Position numbers and translations under genes: made by a program
Virus record (IMG/VR): IMGVR_UViG_3300027759_000084
Location: 1,743-65,742 of that record
Strand: one strand, 5' to 3'
Source of the DNA: a virus
Lineage: Duplodnaviria; Caudoviricetes
DNA: 64,000 nucleotides
The notes under the pieces: model-generated
Databases searched by the model: none
What the model was told of the DNA's origin: nothing
Seen by the model: the letters and a program-made list of their open reading frames with translations, nothing else
Shown here: in pieces, positions 1 through 10,361 of the stretch
Position numbering within the stretch: position 1 is the first letter of the stretch
Layout: each line of letters starts with the position of its first letter

Positions 1-1831
1 TGACTACTGGCGCTCCTGCGCTCCCCACGTTGACCGCCAAAGCGGTCGCAACTCCGGTGCCGAGGCCAGTGATGCTGCCAACAGCAGGGGTGATCGTGTT
101 CGTTGATACAGCCGTGACAAGCCCCTTGGCATTGACCGTCACCGCTGGTGCCGCCGTGGCGCTACCAAAGCTGCCGACGTTGGTGTTGACCGTAGCGAGC
201 GTGGTTGCGTTGTTGCCTGCCAACGCTGTCACATCACCAGTCAATGCTTCGCGCCGAAGATTCGCGCCATTCAGTTCTAAGCCACCGTCAATGCCGATTT
301 GCTGAATGCTACCACTGCCAGACGCATGTCTGCCGATTAAATGCGCCGTGCTGATGTGCTGCATTTTGGCAAAGGTCACTGCATCGTTTGCAATTGTCGT
401 TGCGAAAGTGCCTGTCCCGCTTCCAGTAACGTCGCCTGTTAGCTGGATAGTTTGGTCACCAGAATTTGTTCCACTCAATGTGCCTGATTCACCGTCCGCA
501 ATAGTAATACCTGAATCCTGAATAAGTTTACCCGTGGTTGAATCGAAACGGACAATCGCATTGTTTGTTGCCGATGATGGACCGAAGACATCTCCAGATG
601 GAGATGGCGATGGAGCATATAGAACTCCACCAGACAAAGTTAATCCGCCACCAATACTGATTTCTATTACTGGGTTATTTGGGTTTCCTGTCGAGTCTGC
701 TCCAAGCAAAACCCCAGGGTTAAGTGTTGCCATGTTAGACAATGGGAGATTGCCAGTAACATCTGCTGCCAAGTCAATAGAATCCAACGTAATTTCCTGT
801 CCTGAAATGGATAGATAATCCAAAGAACCAGCCAAAGTCACATCTCCTGTGTTAGTCCCGCTAAGGGTGCCACTTTCTCCATCTGCAATAGTTATGCCAG
901 AATCTTGAATCAACTTGCCAGTAGTCTGGTCGTATCTGGCAATCGCATTATCAGTTGCCGAAGCTGGACCAACTACATCACCTGAGCCACTGGCCGTCGA
1001 GTTAATCGTGATTGAATCCGTTGAGGCATTCGTAGTGATGGTAATATTGCTACCAGCTACAAGCGTGAGTGTATCACTGGTGGAATCTGCCACTACATTG
1101 CTTTGGCCTGCAACAGCAAACGTGCCGAAAAGGTTTTGATCACCTGTATTCGTGCCAGCTAGATTTAGCGTGGTCTTCATTGTGGCGGCATCAACACCAA
1201 GTTGAATACTTCCAGATGTCGTCACAGGTGATCCTGAATCAACCTGGATGCCATCTGTTCCAGTGATGCCAACACTTGTAACAGTTCCAGTTCCAGCAGA
1301 ACCATTGGCGGCAGATGTGATGCGCCCCTTGCTATCCACCGTGATGTTTGCCAGCGTGTATGCCCCTGGGGTTACAGCCGTTGATGTAAGCGTGGCAGCA
1401 GCAGAACCAGGGCCAGATGCAGTGACATCTCCAGTGAGTGTCGTGATGTAGTTGCCAGCAGGCTGCTTGCTGTTGAACGTGCTCCAATCAGTGGATGTCA
1501 ATGCGCCCGTGGTTGATGCGGAGGATGTTCCAAGGCTCAATGCCTGACCAGCAATGGACAAGCCGTTTGCGGTGCCAATCGTTACGTTGCCTGTATTCGT
1601 TCCTGAAAGCGTTCCGGTTGCACCATCAGCAATTGTGATTCCAGAGTTCTGGATGATCTTGCCGCTTGTCCCATCAAAACGAACAATCTGGTTATCTACC
1701 GAAGAGCTTGAGCTAGTCACATCTCCAGTTCCACTGACCGGATTTGCAACATTGATTACAATGCCTCCGTCACTTAGAACCTCAATCGTTGGACCAAGTG
1801 TGGAATTGACTGAAATGTTTGTCTGGCTCAT
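1..1831 (-). CDS. Tail fibre-like protein, partial (>610 aa, runs off the left end; absent from the ORF track)
   Basis: Manual translation from ATG at 1831 (overlaps upstream TGA): MSQTNISVNSTLGPTIEVLSDGG...; the segments I translated through to position 2 are open and in one frame. G/T/S-rich, with fibre-type motifs ITVDSKGRITSA and VTVNAKGLVTA and three copies of a DNxIxRxDxTxGKxIQxSGITIADG module. Confidence 0.85.
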   Translation of the reverse strand, partial: MSQTNISVNSTLGPTIEVLSDGGIVINVANPVSGTGDVTSSSSSVDNQIVRFDGTSGKIIQNSGITIADGATGTLSGTNTGNVTIGTANGLSIAGQALSLGTSSASTTGALTSTDWSTFNSKQPAGNYITTLTGDVTASGPGSAAATLTSTAVTPGAYTLANITVDSKGRITSAANGSAGTGTVTSVGITGTDGIQVDSGSPVTTSGSIQLGVDAATMKTTLNLAGTNTGDQNLFGTFAVAGQSNVVADSTSDTLTLVAGSNITITTNASTDSITINSTASGSGDVVGPASATDNAIARYDQTTGKLIQDSGITIADGESGTLSGTNTGDVTLAGSLDYLSISGQEITLDSIDLAADVTGNLPLSNMATLNPGVLLGADSTGNPNNPVIEISIGGGLTLSGGVLYAPSPSPSGDVFGPSSATNNAIVRFDSTTGKLIQDSGITIADGESGTLSGTNSGDQTIQLTGDVTGSGTGTFATTIANDAVTFAKMQHISTAHLIGRHASGSGSIQQIGIDGGLELNGANLRREALTGDVTALAGNNATTLATVNTNVGSFGSATAAPAVTVNAKGLVTAVSTNTITPAVGSITGLGTGVATALAVNVGSAGAPVV

Positions 1832-2199
1832 CAGGTTGTGGTCGTGTAGTTGGAGAGCACTTCTCCGATGCCTTCCATCAATGTTTCGACATAAGCTGGG
1901 GTGCTGTCGTCAGTCGTTTCAATCTGCCAGACATATTGCCCAATTGGCAATTCGTATCGACCTGGATTGATGGTGAATACCCAATTCACCGGATCACTAA
2001 TGGTGATGTCTGCATTGCCGCTGGTGAGTTCCAGCGTTGGCATTGTGCTCTTGGGGTTGAGCTTGAATGCCATCTTAACTGAGGCCAGATTTCCAGGCGC
2101 AATGCGATTTGACACGGTGATGGACGGAAATCCATTCCATGTGTCTCCGGCAACGAAGACAACCATTGCGTTTACTTCATCAGAAAATGCTGGCCTCAT
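1831..2199 (-). CDS. Fibre-associated beta-sandwich protein (BppU-N-like)
   Basis: GDTW...YVWQIET pattern; coupled to the fibre gene. Confidence 0.55.
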   Translation of the reverse strand: MRPAFSDEVNAMVVFVAGDTWNGFPSITVSNRIAPGNLASVKMAFKLNPKSTMPTLELTSGNADITISDPVNWVFTINPGRYELPIGQYVWQIETTDDSTPAYVETLMEGIGEVLSNYTTTT

Positions 2200-2211
2200 A
2201 AGATGAGATGT

Positions 2212-2490
2212 TTATTTGAAGACGCCCATTTTTTTAGCGCGATCCATCATGTCTTCTTCTTCAGACATTTCTTTTTTAGGCATCGTCACTTCGACTTCAA
2301 CTCCTTCATCTTCCATCTCCATCTCGTCGTCTTCCATCATTGGAATTTCGGTTCCATCAATGGCTGTCAGAGTGAGATTGCCGTCTTCATCGGCGAGGAA
2401 TGTTCCAACAGCTTGAAAAGGCTGTCCAGGTGTTGCGTCTTCTGGCATTTGCCAGCCTTCAGGTGAGGTAAAAGAGAGTTTCATAAGCAA
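2212..2490 (-). CDS. Small acidic hypothetical protein
   Basis: E/D/M-rich ORF co-oriented after the capsid gene. Confidence 0.6.
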   Translation of the reverse strand: MLMKLSFTSPEGWQMPEDATPGQPFQAVGTFLADEDGNLTLTAIDGTEIPMMEDDEMEMEDEGVEVEVTMPKKEMSEEEDMMDRAKKMGVFK

Positions 2491-2526
2491 TTAGCTATTA
2501 GCAGAGTTTTGGTGTGTATGCAAGAA

Positions 2527-2559
2527 AGGCGGGGCTAGTTTTTTAAACTAACCCCGCCT
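2527..2559 (-). terminator. Rho-independent terminator after capsid gene
   Basis: Minus strand aggcggggttagttt-aaa-aaactagccccgcct followed by ttctt, just after the stop at 2577. Confidence 0.75.
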
Positions 2560-2576
2560 CAAGTGGTTCTACTCAA

Positions 2577-3755
2577 TTAAGAGCAGGCGGTGTTCACAAC
2601 CCAGTTGGTTGGGCAGCGACGGAAGCGGAGGATTGCGCCGTATTCAGGAATCACTGGCTGAGCACCGTAGGCGAACTTGCCACGGAAGAAGCCAATGTTT
2701 TCATCAACGTTGCAAGTGCGGTCATACTTGTTGATCCAGTTGAATCGGCCAAGGTAGTCCTGAGGAGCGAATTTCATCTCCCCAGCGGCAAGCTGAGAAT
2801 CAGGAATCGCAAACTTCACAACCTGCTTGGTAGCGATGATCGCATCTTCGTATTGAGCCGTGAAGTAGGCTGGATTGACGTTCGCAGGATCACCCTTGTT
2901 GGTAGCAGGGAGCATGAAGGGAACGCGCACCCAAGCGCCACCGACAAGATTCCAGCGAGCAGCAGCGATGTCGATGGTCATCTTGAAGCCGTTGAGGCTG
3001 TCAAAGGAACCAGGGGCATTGTTGAGCGCACGGACCTTTTCGGAGTCCCAGCGGATGTTCTGGATGGTCACGCCATCGGTAGCAAGCGTCTGCTGAGCCT
3101 CATCGGAGAGGACGAGTGGCAGAAGAGGCTGACCCATCTTATTGACGGAGAGGCCGTTCTGAATGTCTGCTCCATTGCGGATGAGGCTGTAGCGGATGTA
3201 ATCAAGCATCTCGCGCTTCAGGGTGCCAATCGTTCCAGTGGCGAACGAAGCGGAGTTGACCGTAAGGCCAGCGTCAGCGACGTACTTGTTGGAGCAGATG
3301 GACGTGAACTGGTCGCGGCGCTGATTTTCCCACAGGTAGCGGGAGTATCCACGAAGGTTACGGATGAAGGCAGCAGCCTGCTGAACGATGTTGTAGCTCA
3401 TGCGAGCATCTTCGATACAGAAGGGAGGGCTTTCGACAGCCGCAATCTTGAGTTCCATCGAGCGGCGAGTCTGCGAAGGATAGATTGTGGACACAGGAGG
3501 CTGGCAAGAACCGCCTTCGTCACCGCTACCGCCGTCATTGAAGCCGTAGGTGGTGAACGTGACATCGGAACCGAACGGCATCGCACGCTCAAATGTCAGG
3601 AAGTTCGGGGTGTCGCCCATACCATTGGGCCAGCGGGAACGCGGAACGATGGAGTCGTTCTGCCAAGGATTGCTGATGAATTGCTTCTCGGAAGGATCGT
3701 CGACGATCCGGTTTGATTCCGACTCCAAGAATTGATTAATATCTGTACATGCCAT
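2577..3755 (-). CDS. Major capsid protein (putative)
   Basis: 392 aa; position after portal and scaffold; followed by a terminator. Confidence 0.8.
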   Translation of the reverse strand: MACTDINQFLESESNRIVDDPSEKQFISNPWQNDSIVPRSRWPNGMGDTPNFLTFERAMPFGSDVTFTTYGFNDGGSGDEGGSCQPPVSTIYPSQTRRSMELKIAAVESPPFCIEDARMSYNIVQQAAAFIRNLRGYSRYLWENQRRDQFTSICSNKYVADAGLTVNSASFATGTIGTLKREMLDYIRYSLIRNGADIQNGLSVNKMGQPLLPLVLSDEAQQTLATDGVTIQNIRWDSEKVRALNNAPGSFDSLNGFKMTIDIAAARWNLVGGAWVRVPFMLPATNKGDPANVNPAYFTAQYEDAIIATKQVVKFAIPDSQLAAGEMKFAPQDYLGRFNWINKYDRTCNVDENIGFFRGKFAYGAQPVIPEYGAILRFRRCPTNWVVNTACS

Positions 3756-4021
3756 AATCTTAAGTGAGTTTAGTTGTTTTGCCTATTAGGCGGGTGTTGG
3801 AACGGGTTGCTTGTTTGAACGAAATAGATCGTAGCGGAATGCCACGACACTTGTTCTGCTTCCATTCTTGAGCCTGGAATGCCCCATTGCTGGGTTTGCC
3901 CCGTATAGGGCGCTCAGTCACCATTTCACCTAGAGAGCCTCCTAGGAGCGTTGATACACGCTTTTTAGCTCATGGCGATGATGTCACCATAAGCTCAACA
4001 GTCAAGATTATTTTACTGAAA

Positions 4022-4948
4022 TTATACGGAGTGGGGCATTTTATCCCTTTTCTCTCTATTTTCCCACCACCACATTGGTTGCAAATTGGAAAAATGAGCA
4101 AGTCTTATCACATCCTCTTCCGTTTTTGCGGAAGAAATTGGAATGATATGATCAATCTCAACCATTGAGGTTCCGGTATAATTCTTCTCTTGAAATGATT
4201 CCCACGTCATTCCGTCATAAAATTGTGACTCAATATGAGCTTGGAGGGTTTCCCAATCACAACCAAGAATAATAGAAGTTTTGCAGTTCTTCTTAAATCC
4301 AAAACGAGAAATAGCATATAACGTTAATCGGCGCACCTTGCTGATCAGTGCATATTTTGGATCAGAAGCATATCTTGACCTCACCCATTCCCTTAAATTC
4401 TTCCGGCTTCGATCTTTGTTCGTTTCATAATACGCTCTCAAGTGCTCCTTGTTCCTCTCCCTCCAATCACGAGTCATCTGAAGGCGCTTCTCCCTATGTT
4501 TCTCCCTGCTGGCTCGATGAGACGCCTTAAATTTTTCAGGATTCTCCTCCTGCCATTTCTTCGTTCTCAATCTCTCAGCCTCCACATTCTCTTTGGCATA
4601 CTTCTTCCTAGCCTGATCCTGCTTATCACAACGGCGCTGAAACTCGTCAGCAGTAACCCAAACCTCATTGCCGACATTGGAATACGAGAAAAAGATCATT
4701 CCATCATCGCGCACATCCCCACGTTTCCGAGGATTCTCCGGTTTAACAGCTTTTGCCAACTTGCGTTTTCTGTAATCGTCATTGCGACGATCTGAATCTG
4801 CCTGCCGCTTCTTGGCAGTTTCCATGGGTAGCCATATTTCACGGCCATCTCCCCTCATTCCCCAGAATACCTTACCATCTTCGCGGGTGTCCCAACGCTT
4901 CTTCTTGACCTTATCGGCCCCATCAGTGATAATAATTTCATTCTGCAT
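4022..4948 (-). CDS. HNH endonuclease inserted between scaffold and capsid genes
   Basis: C-terminal HIESQF..GMTWE...EIDHIIP...HFSNLQPMW..EN..K; duplicated N-terminal KRxDxRxDGxxF motif. Confidence 0.8.
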   Translation of the reverse strand: MQNEIIITDGADKVKKKRWDTREDGKVFWGMRGDGREIWLPMETAKKRQADSDRRNDDYRKRKLAKAVKPENPRKRGDVRDDGMIFFSYSNVGNEVWVTADEFQRRCDKQDQARKKYAKENVEAERLRTKKWQEENPEKFKASHRASREKHREKRLQMTRDWRERNKEHLRAYYETNKDRSRKNLREWVRSRYASDPKYALISKVRRLTLYAISRFGFKKNCKTSIILGCDWETLQAHIESQFYDGMTWESFQEKNYTGTSMVEIDHIIPISSAKTEEDVIRLAHFSNLQPMWWWENREKRDKMPHSV

Positions 4949-5168
4949 GACTAGTTCTTTTAGTTGTGTTGATAGATGCCGCTAGGAACGCCAATTCCAG
5001 CGGCATTGCTTTTTTAACCCAGGATCGCTCTCTTTTCAAGAGGTTCTTGACGAATCCAAATCCATCTGCGATGTTTTCTCACGCACAAGGTTTTGTTTTC
5101 ATGTGTCCCTAGTGCTAGACGCCGTGGCGAGTTGGTTGCTCCCACGGCGTTGCCCATTTCAATCCTAT

Positions 5169-5468
5169 ATGACAACCCCATCCATCTACATCCGTATCGA
5201 CCAACTGCCAGTCGGCTCAAACTCCCGCTTCGAGGCACAACTCGTTATTGGCGACGACGAAACAGGCCAAGTGGCAGGCTTCAAATCTCCCGTATTTGAG
5301 TCAGAAGACGAGCATGAGCCATTCGTTGGCATGATGCAGCGAATCACGCAGGCGCTTCTTCAAGTGCGCGACTTCAAGAAGAGGGCAACTGTTGAAGACC
5401 TTCATATTCTCAACAAGCAAAGTCAGGAAGTTAAACCTGACGATACCTCGTTGATTATTATGCCGTAA
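5169..5468 (+). CDS. Hypothetical protein, opposite strand within head module
   Basis: MTTPSIYIRID...; fills the gap and ends 3 bp from the scaffold stop; start uncertain (track gives 5103). Confidence 0.5.
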   Translation: MTTPSIYIRIDQLPVGSNSRFEAQLVIGDDETGQVAGFKSPVFESEDEHEPFVGMMQRITQALLQVRDFKKRATVEDLHILNKQSQEVKPDDTSLIIMP

Positions 5469-5471
5469 GCA

Positions 5472-6632
5472 TCACCCTTGCCGCTGGTGCGCCTGGAATC
5501 GAGCCATAATCGAATCCACGTCGTAGCCAGTAGGCAGGTTATCATTCGTGCTCACAGGCGTAGAAGTGCTAGAAGGACGAGGTGAAGCCGCAATGCGCGA
5601 CTTCAGCGAAGTCTCAAGCTCAGAAATCTTGGCATTCCGTTCGTCAAGCTGACGCAACAAATGTGGAAGAATCACGCTTGCACGCGCTGCTACAGCCATG
5701 CTAGCAGGGTCTTTTCTGATCTCAGCCCTTGAGACTGCTTCCATAAGCTCCTTGTTATCTTTGAGAAAAGGAATTTTCTCTTGGAGCAGCTTATTTGCAG
5801 CTTCGGTGGCAGACGAAAATTGCTTGTCTTCATCCTCTTTGGCTCTGCGAGATTTCTCTTGCTCCATGAATGAAAGCTCCTGCTTAGCCCTGTCAGCATT
5901 CTCAAGCATGTCGGACGACTTCCTGAGAAGCGACTGAGTATTGCGGGCATGCTCCATGAGTTCAGCGGCATCTGTTGGGTGCCAGCCTTCAGTCACTTCG
6001 CGCAGTTTTTTACGCTGCTCGATAGGATCATTAATCTCCAAAACGCCTTGAAGCGTCTTTGCATCAACGTCATTTGCTCCTGCCAGAACTTCGATTGCCT
6101 GACCAATAGCGGCAGCAGGTTCGAGGATGGACTCATAGTAGGCGGTGGAGTTCTGAACATCATGGATAGAGCGAAACTGCTCATGCTCACCAAGTTTCGA
6201 CTCCATCTCGGAAATACGCCTCTCGTACGCGGAAATATCCTTACCTTCAAACTCAGCAATCTTCTTCCGCATCTCTTCGATTTCGATCATCTTCTCCTGA
6301 ACAGTCTTGTCCTTTTCAGGAAGCGTGTTCTTCAAGCTGTCGCGTTCTTCACGAAGCTGTTTCAACTCAGCCTTCATGTCCTTCCATGTGGAAATGGCTT
6401 CAGGAGTAGCTTTAGATCCCTTTGGAAGATCGTTTTCAGTGACTTCCTCAATCTTTTCCCCAGGCTCATCACGCTTCACATCATCCTTGGATGGCTCTGG
6501 ATCAGTGGGTGCAACTTTATCCTCAACCTTGGCTTCGTTCTCTGTAGGAAGGAACGATTGGGCGCGATCCCACATGGCTTGAGCTTCTGCGGTTGCGTCG
6601 TATTCTGGTGGCTGTGTGTTTTCGGTGTCCAT
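5472..6632 (-). CDS. Capsid scaffolding protein (putative)
   Basis: Acidic N-terminus, long coiled-coil character, between portal and capsid. Confidence 0.7.
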   Translation of the reverse strand: MDTENTQPPEYDATAEAQAMWDRAQSFLPTENEAKVEDKVAPTDPEPSKDDVKRDEPGEKIEEVTENDLPKGSKATPEAISTWKDMKAELKQLREERDSLKNTLPEKDKTVQEKMIEIEEMRKKIAEFEGKDISAYERRISEMESKLGEHEQFRSIHDVQNSTAYYESILEPAAAIGQAIEVLAGANDVDAKTLQGVLEINDPIEQRKKLREVTEGWHPTDAAELMEHARNTQSLLRKSSDMLENADRAKQELSFMEQEKSRRAKEDEDKQFSSATEAANKLLQEKIPFLKDNKELMEAVSRAEIRKDPASMAVAARASVILPHLLRQLDERNAKISELETSLKSRIAASPRPSSTSTPVSTNDNLPTGYDVDSIMARFQAHQRQG

Positions 6633-6637
6633 ATATT

Positions 6638-6991
6638 TTACTGATGGGTCTGTTCGAGATATTTTTCGTCAATGTGGCTGTACGCTTCAAGAGTGAATGC
6701 GTCCATGTGTTGGTTGTCAGCTTGAGGTCTAAATGCCAACGCTTTCAACAATCGCAACGTGCGACGAATACCAGCCTGTCCGGCGTGGATCATAGAGATA
6801 ACCATAGGAGCTTCTGCTTTGTAGTCGCGAACAAGGCCAGTCAGAATCGAATCGTTAGGCTCAGTCTTTTCTTCAATAATCGCTAGAGCTTCAATCATAA
6901 CTGGGTCTTTGAGCAGTGCAGAAAGACGCCCAGGACCATCTCCATCTCTGAATTTTTCGAGTCTCGTTTTTTGTGTATTTGCTGGTATCAT
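6638..6991 (-). CDS. Small head-module protein
   Basis: ATGA overlap with portal stop. Confidence 0.65.
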   Translation of the reverse strand: MIPANTQKTRLEKFRDGDGPGRLSALLKDPVMIEALAIIEEKTEPNDSILTGLVRDYKAEAPMVISMIHAGQAGIRRTLRLLKALAFRPQADNQHMDAFTLEAYSHIDEKYLEQTHQ

Positions 6992-9264
6992 AGAGAACTT
7001 CTAATGGATGCCTGTTGCGCTTGATATGAAGCGCCCTTCAAGGCAATAGCGGCAGCGGCAGCGGTATCTTTCAGAGCGCGAGCTTGAGCAGCATCAGCTT
7101 GGCGTTGTTCCATCTTCACACGGAACTCCTCGGATCGTTGATCCATTTTTGCACGCCACTCAGCCATCTTCATTTCAATCTCAGACGGTCCTTGATCTTC
7201 TTGAGGTTGACCAGATGCCTCCGCCTCCATCGCCTGCTGTTTCTGTAGGTGTCGCGAGCCGTTGACAATGATCTCATTGAACTGTTGAAGTTGCTGACGG
7301 AATTGAGGAGCTTCTGGACCAGTGAACTGCTCAAGAGTCTGAGCAGCATGATCAAAGATGTTTGACATTGGCGGAACAATCTGAGCATACATCTCAGGAT
7401 TCTGACCTGCTTGGTCAAACTGCTGATAAAACTCAGTCAGCTTGGCAATGTGGGTCTGCAAGTGAACGCTCTTGTTTTCGTTTGGCATAATTGCCTGAGT
7501 AGCGCCTTGAGCAAGAATTGCATTCTGAGCATCTGCAATAGCGGCATCAATTGGTGGGCGCTGATTGGCTCCAGCAGGAGTCGTAAGCTCATCAGCCATC
7601 TGCCAGCCAGCGATAGCGCCAGTGAAGTTGCGGATGAGAGTCTGCTTGCCGTATTCATCATAATACGGATACATCGGCATCAAGTTCTCGTATGCCAAAC
7701 GACGTGCTGAAGGACTACCAAAGCCAATGGAACGGCTGGCTCGCGTGTAGCGCAAGTCCATGTTCTTCAATGCTTCTTCTGGAATACCATCCTCAAGGCA
7801 CATTTGACGGAACTGCCAAACTTCCTCACCTCCAGGTTCACCACGTTGGTATCCAGGACGGAAGAAACGACGGCCAACTTCATTCATTAGGCGGTCAAAC
7901 GGCTGCATGAACAAGTTGATGGAAGTCACAGAGAGCTGTGATGCCATTTCCATGCGAGACATCGCCTCAAACTTGGAAAGCTCCCTGCCGGTATCGAGCG
8001 TTTTGCTGCTCGTGTATTGAGCAATGTTGGTATAGACTGTCTGGCGTAGGCTCTGAACTGCTGGCTCAATATTTTGAAGCATGTTCGGCTGCGGAGTGTG
8101 CTGAATCTCAGCCCCAGGAGTCATCAGATAGAATGCGCCATAAGGAACAATTCTAAAGTTCTCAATAGCCTCTTCACTCTCAACGCGAATAATAGGCTTT
8201 GCTGTATTGGCAATATTAACCTTCTCATTTTCAAGGCGCATTAATTGATTGAATGCATTGAACATATCAGAACCAAGGCCGCGAATGCCGTGATAATTAC
8301 CATTGGTGCCGATACCGCGAGTGAAGAAAGTAAACGCCTCGCTAGCATTGCGATAAAGGTGACGACGCTTGAAGAGAAAGTTCTCAGGAACGCCATCGGT
8401 AATCGGATAGCCATTCTCGGCAAAAGCGTACATGGAGTAGCTTCCATCAAGCTCCTGCACCCACATGTAAATCACTGAGATAGACGGACTCGTCTCGCCA
8501 TAGGTGATGTCATTGTCTTTCCAGCGAGCTTCCCATTCCATCCAGTTGAGCATGTCTGGAATCTGCTCAGAGGCGTTCATGATTGCCTTCTTGAGTTGAT
8601 CGCGATCCCATCCTTGCTCATCAGCAATATCGCCCATATTGATGTACTTCATCAAGTCAGCAGGATTTTCCAGCTTCTTGAGGCAGGCATATTGGATTTC
8701 AGCTTCGTTGGCGCGTGTCTGACGTGGAATCTTGAAGTAGGCAAGATTCGTCACGTCCCATTCCCAATTGAGAGGGTCTTGGAAGTAAGCAATACCAACA
8801 CCGTGGAGAACCATGTAGTGTGGGATGTAGCTGTACTTGAAGTTGAACTGAGGCCAGCGACGAATGACGCGGCTCATATTCAGGCTCATTTTCTGCGACC
8901 ATTCTTGACGCTCCTGTTCAGAACCATATTTAGTGCGAAGGTCAATCAGGCTCTCTGTGCCAGAGATAAGGTCATAGAATGCCGCGAGAGACGTATCCAG
9001 AACGGCTTTAGCATCGCCTGGATTGAAGTTGGACATGTATGCCAGACCCTGCTTGGCAAGCTGCATTTGGTCTAATGGAGGAGCGCCATCAACCATTGCC
9101 TGAACCTTTGCCATCTGCTGATTCGACTTCAAATCAGCCTGTTGAAGGCGGAACCAAAGGCTTCGAGCAGCGCCAACATCCTTGATTCGTTCGTCAAGGA
9201 ATTTACCCCGGTCATCTACGACGGGAGGATTATAGGACTCAAGGGTATTTGTGGCGTCTGACAT
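6988..9264 (-). CDS. Portal protein (putative, podovirus type)
   Basis: 758 aa, helical, Q-rich C-terminus, upstream of scaffold and capsid. Confidence 0.8.
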   Translation of the reverse strand: MSDATNTLESYNPPVVDDRGKFLDERIKDVGAARSLWFRLQQADLKSNQQMAKVQAMVDGAPPLDQMQLAKQGLAYMSNFNPGDAKAVLDTSLAAFYDLISGTESLIDLRTKYGSEQERQEWSQKMSLNMSRVIRRWPQFNFKYSYIPHYMVLHGVGIAYFQDPLNWEWDVTNLAYFKIPRQTRANEAEIQYACLKKLENPADLMKYINMGDIADEQGWDRDQLKKAIMNASEQIPDMLNWMEWEARWKDNDITYGETSPSISVIYMWVQELDGSYSMYAFAENGYPITDGVPENFLFKRRHLYRNASEAFTFFTRGIGTNGNYHGIRGLGSDMFNAFNQLMRLENEKVNIANTAKPIIRVESEEAIENFRIVPYGAFYLMTPGAEIQHTPQPNMLQNIEPAVQSLRQTVYTNIAQYTSSKTLDTGRELSKFEAMSRMEMASQLSVTSINLFMQPFDRLMNEVGRRFFRPGYQRGEPGGEEVWQFRQMCLEDGIPEEALKNMDLRYTRASRSIGFGSPSARRLAYENLMPMYPYYDEYGKQTLIRNFTGAIAGWQMADELTTPAGANQRPPIDAAIADAQNAILAQGATQAIMPNENKSVHLQTHIAKLTEFYQQFDQAGQNPEMYAQIVPPMSNIFDHAAQTLEQFTGPEAPQFRQQLQQFNEIIVNGSRHLQKQQAMEAEASGQPQEDQGPSEIEMKMAEWRAKMDQRSEEFRVKMEQRQADAAQARALKDTAAAAAIALKGASYQAQQASIRSSL

Positions 9265-9266
9265 AA

Positions 9267-10313
9267 TTAAACGAGGCTAACCCATTTAGGCGGTCCCGCA
9301 ACCTTCAATCCACTTCCAGTTTCGGAACATGCTGAAACGATTTCTTCGGTCTTGAGTCCAAGCTGCTCTGCAATCTTCTTGGCTGTTAGGCGATCTTTAC
9401 TAGCTTCCACAACTCCCTTGATACGGAAAGCTAGGAATCCAACAGATGGAAGCTGGCCCTCTTGTCCAGTAAGGCTTTTTGGCTCCTCAACCACCGTTTT
9501 TGGTTCAACTTTATTAGCTTCGGAAGCCTTAGTTGTAATTTTGTCAGCCAAAACCAGTTTCGCGAGACTGCCATCTTTGCAGCCGTGGATGACTACCGCA
9601 TGGCCGTCATAAGGCTTGGCATGGCTCAGGTTCACATCGCCAGAAAGATCATCACAGACAATTTGTCCATTTTCTACTCGGTAGTTGCCCGTGTTCCAGT
9701 TGTGCTGGATGAGAATCGTATTGTGAGCGTGTGGAACAACCTCATAACGAAGTCGGATGTCAAAAGGCTCAAGTGGGCCAGCCCAAGGCATAGAACGATC
9801 AAGTTGACCAATGTTTGGCGAAAGAGCGCCCATCGCATGATGGTAGATGCCAGTGCCAACCATGTGAGGATCGCCAAATGACGGCTTGAGTGATCCGTCC
9901 TGCATGATGGAAAATCCACGAGTTGGAACGATTGCCCCCATGTGAGCTTTACCAGATTCGTGATGCTCACGTTGGAGCTTACTCAGCCAGCCAATTTGAA
10001 TTGGCGTATTGTCCAACTCATAGAAATACCAAGGTCCAGCGGTATATTTCTCACTTACCGTCTGAGCAACAGCGCGGAAATGCTTAGCGGCAGCTTCCGT
10101 GGCTCCATTGGAGTGGAAGTCGATAATGTGAATGTCTAGGTTGGAGAATAAAGGCTTAATCTGCTCAGCAAATACGCGAGCTTCATTCTCAATTTCTAGG
10201 CGGGCAAAGATTGCACACTGGAAACCAGCATAAGGACCGAACTTCTTGAAGATTTCCGCCGTATGGGGCAGGTTTTTGGCGTCACTGGCACTAACAGGAA
10301 TAGCTAAGAGCAT
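9267..10313 (-). CDS. Glycosyltransferase-like (GT-A-like) protein with C-terminal HTH-like tail
   Basis: WYFYELDNTP..GWL...LIQH...IHGCKDGSL; paralogous to the N-domain of the adjacent ORF. Confidence 0.5.
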   Translation of the reverse strand: MLLAIPVSASDAKNLPHTAEIFKKFGPYAGFQCAIFARLEIENEARVFAEQIKPLFSNLDIHIIDFHSNGATEAAAKHFRAVAQTVSEKYTAGPWYFYELDNTPIQIGWLSKLQREHHESGKAHMGAIVPTRGFSIMQDGSLKPSFGDPHMVGTGIYHHAMGALSPNIGQLDRSMPWAGPLEPFDIRLRYEVVPHAHNTILIQHNWNTGNYRVENGQIVCDDLSGDVNLSHAKPYDGHAVVIHGCKDGSLAKLVLADKITTKASEANKVEPKTVVEEPKSLTGQEGQLPSVGFLAFRIKGVVEASKDRLTAKKIAEQLGLKTEEIVSACSETGSGLKVAGPPKWVSLV

Positions 10314-10361
10314 AAGATTTCTTGGTTATAAGGGTTTGATTGAAAGTGGTCAAATAGAATT

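Noticed and set aside
2853-3716. 287-aa plus-strand ORF
   Set aside because: Antisense shadow of the capsid gene; same applies to 5949..6644, 38124..38843 and the plus-strand ORFs in 30..2200
4022-4948. Group I intron carrying the HNH
   Set aside because: Flanking genes appear complete and no intron core was recognised
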